Shown here in pieces: positions 54,427-56,684 of a stretch of DNA of 56,684 nt. The notes beneath the pieces were generated by a model. That model was given only the letters and a program-made list of their open reading frames with translations, did no database searches and had not been told where the DNA came from. How positions within the stretch are numbered: position 1 is the first letter of the stretch; each line of letters begins with the position of its first letter. Origin of the DNA: a virus (lineage: Duplodnaviria; Caudoviricetes); the IMG/VR virus record IMGVR_UViG_3300026518_000013, positions 1 through 56,684 of that record; one strand, given 5' to 3'. The translations under genes and the position numbers were made by a program.

Positions 54427-54479
54427 AAAATAAAACGATTTGCCATATTGATACCTTATTTTAATATAAAATATTAACC
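54427..54479. repeat. Degenerate non-coding element, copy 2 (partner 24605-24657)
   Basis: 39/53 ungapped identity. Confidence 0.55.
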
Positions 54480-54522
54480 CTAATAAAAAATTTTAATACA
54501 ACGCCTAAAAATTAGTTTACAT

Positions 54523-55200
54523 TTAATTTTTAAATATATTTACTTGCGTAGCCTTAATCAAACTTTTAGGATTATTTGATTTTATATGAACTTGTATTTT
54601 CCAACGTGGAACAAACCATCTTGCAAGGAAAAATCTTTTTTTTCCTTTTTTAGTTTTCATATCCCTTTTTTTGATAGTCCATACATATACTTTTTCTTTA
54701 TACAAGTAATTCCAATGTATACTATCATTCATTAACCAAGTAGCATGAAAAAACAAATAACCATCACTAACTTTGAATGAATGTTTACGTAATGAATCAA
54801 TTATTGTGTCATGAATAACTGACACCCCTGAATTGTTACTTGAAATATTAGCAGAAATAAATTTTTTAAGATGTCTTATTTTTATTCTGGATGCCTGTAT
54901 TTCTTTCAAATACTTATGCAAAATAGTATTTTTGTTCTCTAATTGTTGTTTAAACTGACGAGTCGTAAATTGTAATTGTTTTATAATATATTGTTTTCTC
55001 CCAAGCAAATCTAAACTACTATCTACTTTACTTTGTGTTGTTTGAAAATTTGCCTTCCATTGTTTTGCTTGTTTTCTTTGATGAACATATAAAACATGAT
55101 TAGTATAACCATAACCAACGAGAATAATAAAAACTAAAATGATCCAAGTCCATTTGTTTTTGAAAATTTTCAGTAACCATTCAAATAAGAAACCATACAT
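54523..55200 (-). CDS. Membrane-anchored coiled-coil protein, putative spanin-like lysis protein
   Basis: N-terminal TM, coiled coil, directly after the endolysin. Confidence 0.6.
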   Translation of the reverse strand: MYGFLFEWLLKIFKNKWTWIILVFIILVGYGYTNHVLYVHQRKQAKQWKANFQTTQSKVDSSLDLLGRKQYIIKQLQFTTRQFKQQLENKNTILHKYLKEIQASRIKIRHLKKFISANISSNNSGVSVIHDTIIDSLRKHSFKVSDGYLFFHATWLMNDSIHWNYLYKEKVYVWTIKKRDMKTKKGKKRFFLARWFVPRWKIQVHIKSNNPKSLIKATQVNIFKN

Positions 55201-55204
55201 TTTT

Positions 55205-55645
55205 TTAAATTTTTGTTTTTATATTTTTTGAATTAAGTATATGAATAACACCCTTCCCTGGTAAAACAGACATTAATTCATCAAAAGCACGTTTACTCTT
55301 AGTAACATCAATTAATCCATTATGATTAATATCAGCCATTCCAATCCCAATAGCAATACAACCAAGTAATTCTTGTACATAATTTGCAACATGTATTTCT
55401 ATACCTTCCCTACCAGGAACATTTTCAAGTAAAACAACTTCATAACCATGATCAGGTGATAGATATTTATGCCAATGATATGTACCTGTTGGAATACAAC
55501 TTATATTATTTTTGTTTCCTTTCCATGGTAATTCTAACGAATCATATATATAACTACGCAAACCATTGAAAAAAGATAATTTTCCAAGTGTTTCTTTGTT
55601 AGTTCCTATTAATCGGTATATAAATATTTCATTGTAATTATTCAT
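55205..55645 (-). CDS. Putative endolysin (DUF5675-like)
   Basis: SLELPW...SCIPTGTY...VPGREGIEIH.AN....LLGCI. Confidence 0.8.
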   Translation of the reverse strand: MNNYNEIFIYRLIGTNKETLGKLSFFNGLRSYIYDSLELPWKGNKNNISCIPTGTYHWHKYLSPDHGYEVVLLENVPGREGIEIHVANYVQELLGCIAIGIGMADINHNGLIDVTKSKRAFDELMSVLPGKGVIHILNSKNIKTKI

Positions 55646-55657
55646 TATTTTTGATTT

Positions 55658-56002
55658 TTAGTATATTCCAATTACTTTTTTGATTTTCTGTAAATCAATA
55701 GAATCTTTTTTACTTCTAATTGTATTAGGATGAATTTCAGCTTGATAAATTCTATCAATTTTTTTATCAGACTGTTTAGTTTTTTTCAGTATTTGTTGAA
55801 CTGTATTATAAGTTTGCACCCTGAAATCATACGACCTTTCAGCATAATAATTAATAGAAAGTAATACTTTCAAAGTCACAACAAATACAGCTATTAGAAT
55901 AGTCAGGAGAACTTTATTGACCAATCCTATATTTTTCATTTGCTTTTTCATTTGTTCATGTTCAAGTTTATTTGTTTTTCTTAATTCTTCAATCTCACTC
56001 AT
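55658..56002 (-). CDS. Single-TM lysis-cassette protein
   Basis: One TM; SD AAGGAGGT. Confidence 0.65.
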   Translation of the reverse strand: MSEIEELRKTNKLEHEQMKKQMKNIGLVNKVLLTILIAVFVVTLKVLLSINYYAERSYDFRVQTYNTVQQILKKTKQSDKKIDRIYQAEIHPNTIRSKKDSIDLQKIKKVIGIY

Positions 56003-56016
56003 TTCTACCTCCTTTC

Positions 56017-56259
56017 CTATTCAAGTTGTTTTTGTTTAATTTTTCCAAAAACAGCTACCCCATACATAGTTGATAATGAAGTAATGAAAGCAGCGGCACC
56101 CAACCAATCAGGATGCCGTCCCAATATTACCATATATACTGATAATGCCATGATTATAAACATAGAAAACAAAATCATCAAAATAATAGAAATCATTCCA
56201 AAACGAATTGAACTTTCTTTTGTATCTAAACGAATAAGTTTACTAATGTATTGAAACAT
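56017..56259 (-). CDS. Putative holin (2 TM)
   Basis: Two TM helices, basic C-terminus, upstream of the endolysin. Confidence 0.65.
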   Translation of the reverse strand: MFQYISKLIRLDTKESSIRFGMISIILMILFSMFIIMALSVYMVILGRHPDWLGAAAFITSLSTMYGVAVFGKIKQKQLE

Positions 56260-56265
56260 AATTCT

Positions 56266-56625
56266 CTATTTTACAAAAATTTTCAATAAAACATAATAAG
56301 GATAACTTGACTTTATATCTTCAATTTCTTTCCATGAAATAGAACTTATTATAACTTTTTCTTTTTTATTTTGAAATTCTTCTAACTCCTTTTTTAACTC
56401 ATCAGAAAGATCTGAAGGCAAAATATACTGTCCATTTTTTTCTGTACCATGTTTTTCATAAAATTCTCTTTGGAATTTTTGAAACATTTCTACTTTAGGT
56501 TTAATTTTTTGAATATCTTTGTAAATATCCCCCTTTTTTTTCAACTTAAAATTTTCATGCAATAATTGTGATAAATCATTTTCTAATACAGGAAAATATT
56601 TAAGTTCTAATTCAGCTTTTAACAT
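56266..56625 (-). CDS. Hypothetical tail-region protein
   Basis: 119 aa ORF following 136..408 across the circular join. Confidence 0.7.
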   Translation of the reverse strand: MLKAELELKYFPVLENDLSQLLHENFKLKKKGDIYKDIQKIKPKVEMFQKFQREFYEKHGTEKNGQYILPSDLSDELKKELEEFQNKKEKVIISSISWKEIEDIKSSYPYYVLLKIFVK

Positions 56626-56684
56626 CTTTTCAAAATTAAAAATTATAAGTTTGGTTAACTTAATCCCCCCCCCCCTTCAAAAAA
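56548..56684. repeat. Terminal overlap, copy 2
   Basis: Equals 1-135 with two extra C. Confidence 0.97.

Larger units (their letters stand above)
1..56684 (-). mobile_element. Complete tailed phage genome (siphovirus-like, probable Bacteroidota host, apparently lytic)
   Basis: Terminase, portal, protease, capsid, tail tube, tape measure, fibre, lysis and replisome genes are all on the minus strand; the ends overlap; no integrase seen. Confidence 0.95.

Noticed and set aside
356-55569. Plus-strand ORFs in the track (e.g. 6679..7176, 8404..8790, 10178..10561, 43428..43760)
   Set aside because: All are antisense shadows of well-supported minus-strand genes and have no recognisable motifs
1-56684. 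Stop-codon reassignment, CRISPR array, tRNA genes, integrase/lysogeny module
   Set aside because: Genes are intact under code 11 with TAG, TGA and TAA all used as stops; no regularly spaced repeats, cloverleafs or recombinase motifs seen by eye

Overview
The window looks like a complete, circularly assembled ~56.5 kb AT-rich siphovirus genome. Bases 1-135 recur at 56548-56684, and essentially every credible gene lies on the minus strand. In transcription order it carries early cassettes (54.3-50 kb and 27.6-24.7 kb) and a replication, recombination and DNA-modification block (50-28 kb). That block has a sigma-like factor, primase, initiator with internal iterons, DnaC/DnaB, QueD/QueE/QueC/FolE/DpdA, sliding clamp, split PolA with a UDG-like domain, clamp loader, SSB, RecA, RuvC and split SbcC plus SbcD. 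Packaging, head and tail genes follow (24.5-0.1 kb), then lysis genes (56.3-54.5 kb). Four TTG-N20/21-TATATTTG promoters, a Gln(+1) signal peptide and a DUF5675-like endolysin point to a Bacteroidota host. I found no integrase, tRNA, CRISPR array or reverse transcriptase. The most unusual signals are: (1) a shared terminal peptide tag [M/L]-x-R-T-[K/R] on about 8-10 unrelated proteins, including TerS, TerL, the sigma-like factor, RuvC and (as a variant) RecA; (2) a Maf-like transferase, glycosyltransferase and sulfotransferase cassette inside the head genes; (3) a MuF protein fused to an R-S-E ADP-ribosyltransferase-like domain; (4) a 7-deazaguanine system with a stand-alone mini-DpdA and clamp-binding-like tails; (5) strong Shine-Dalgarno sites mostly on late genes in a probable Bacteroidota phage; and (6) Fur/PerR-like palindromes at all four early promoters. 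All family calls come from motif recognition by eye, not from database searches.
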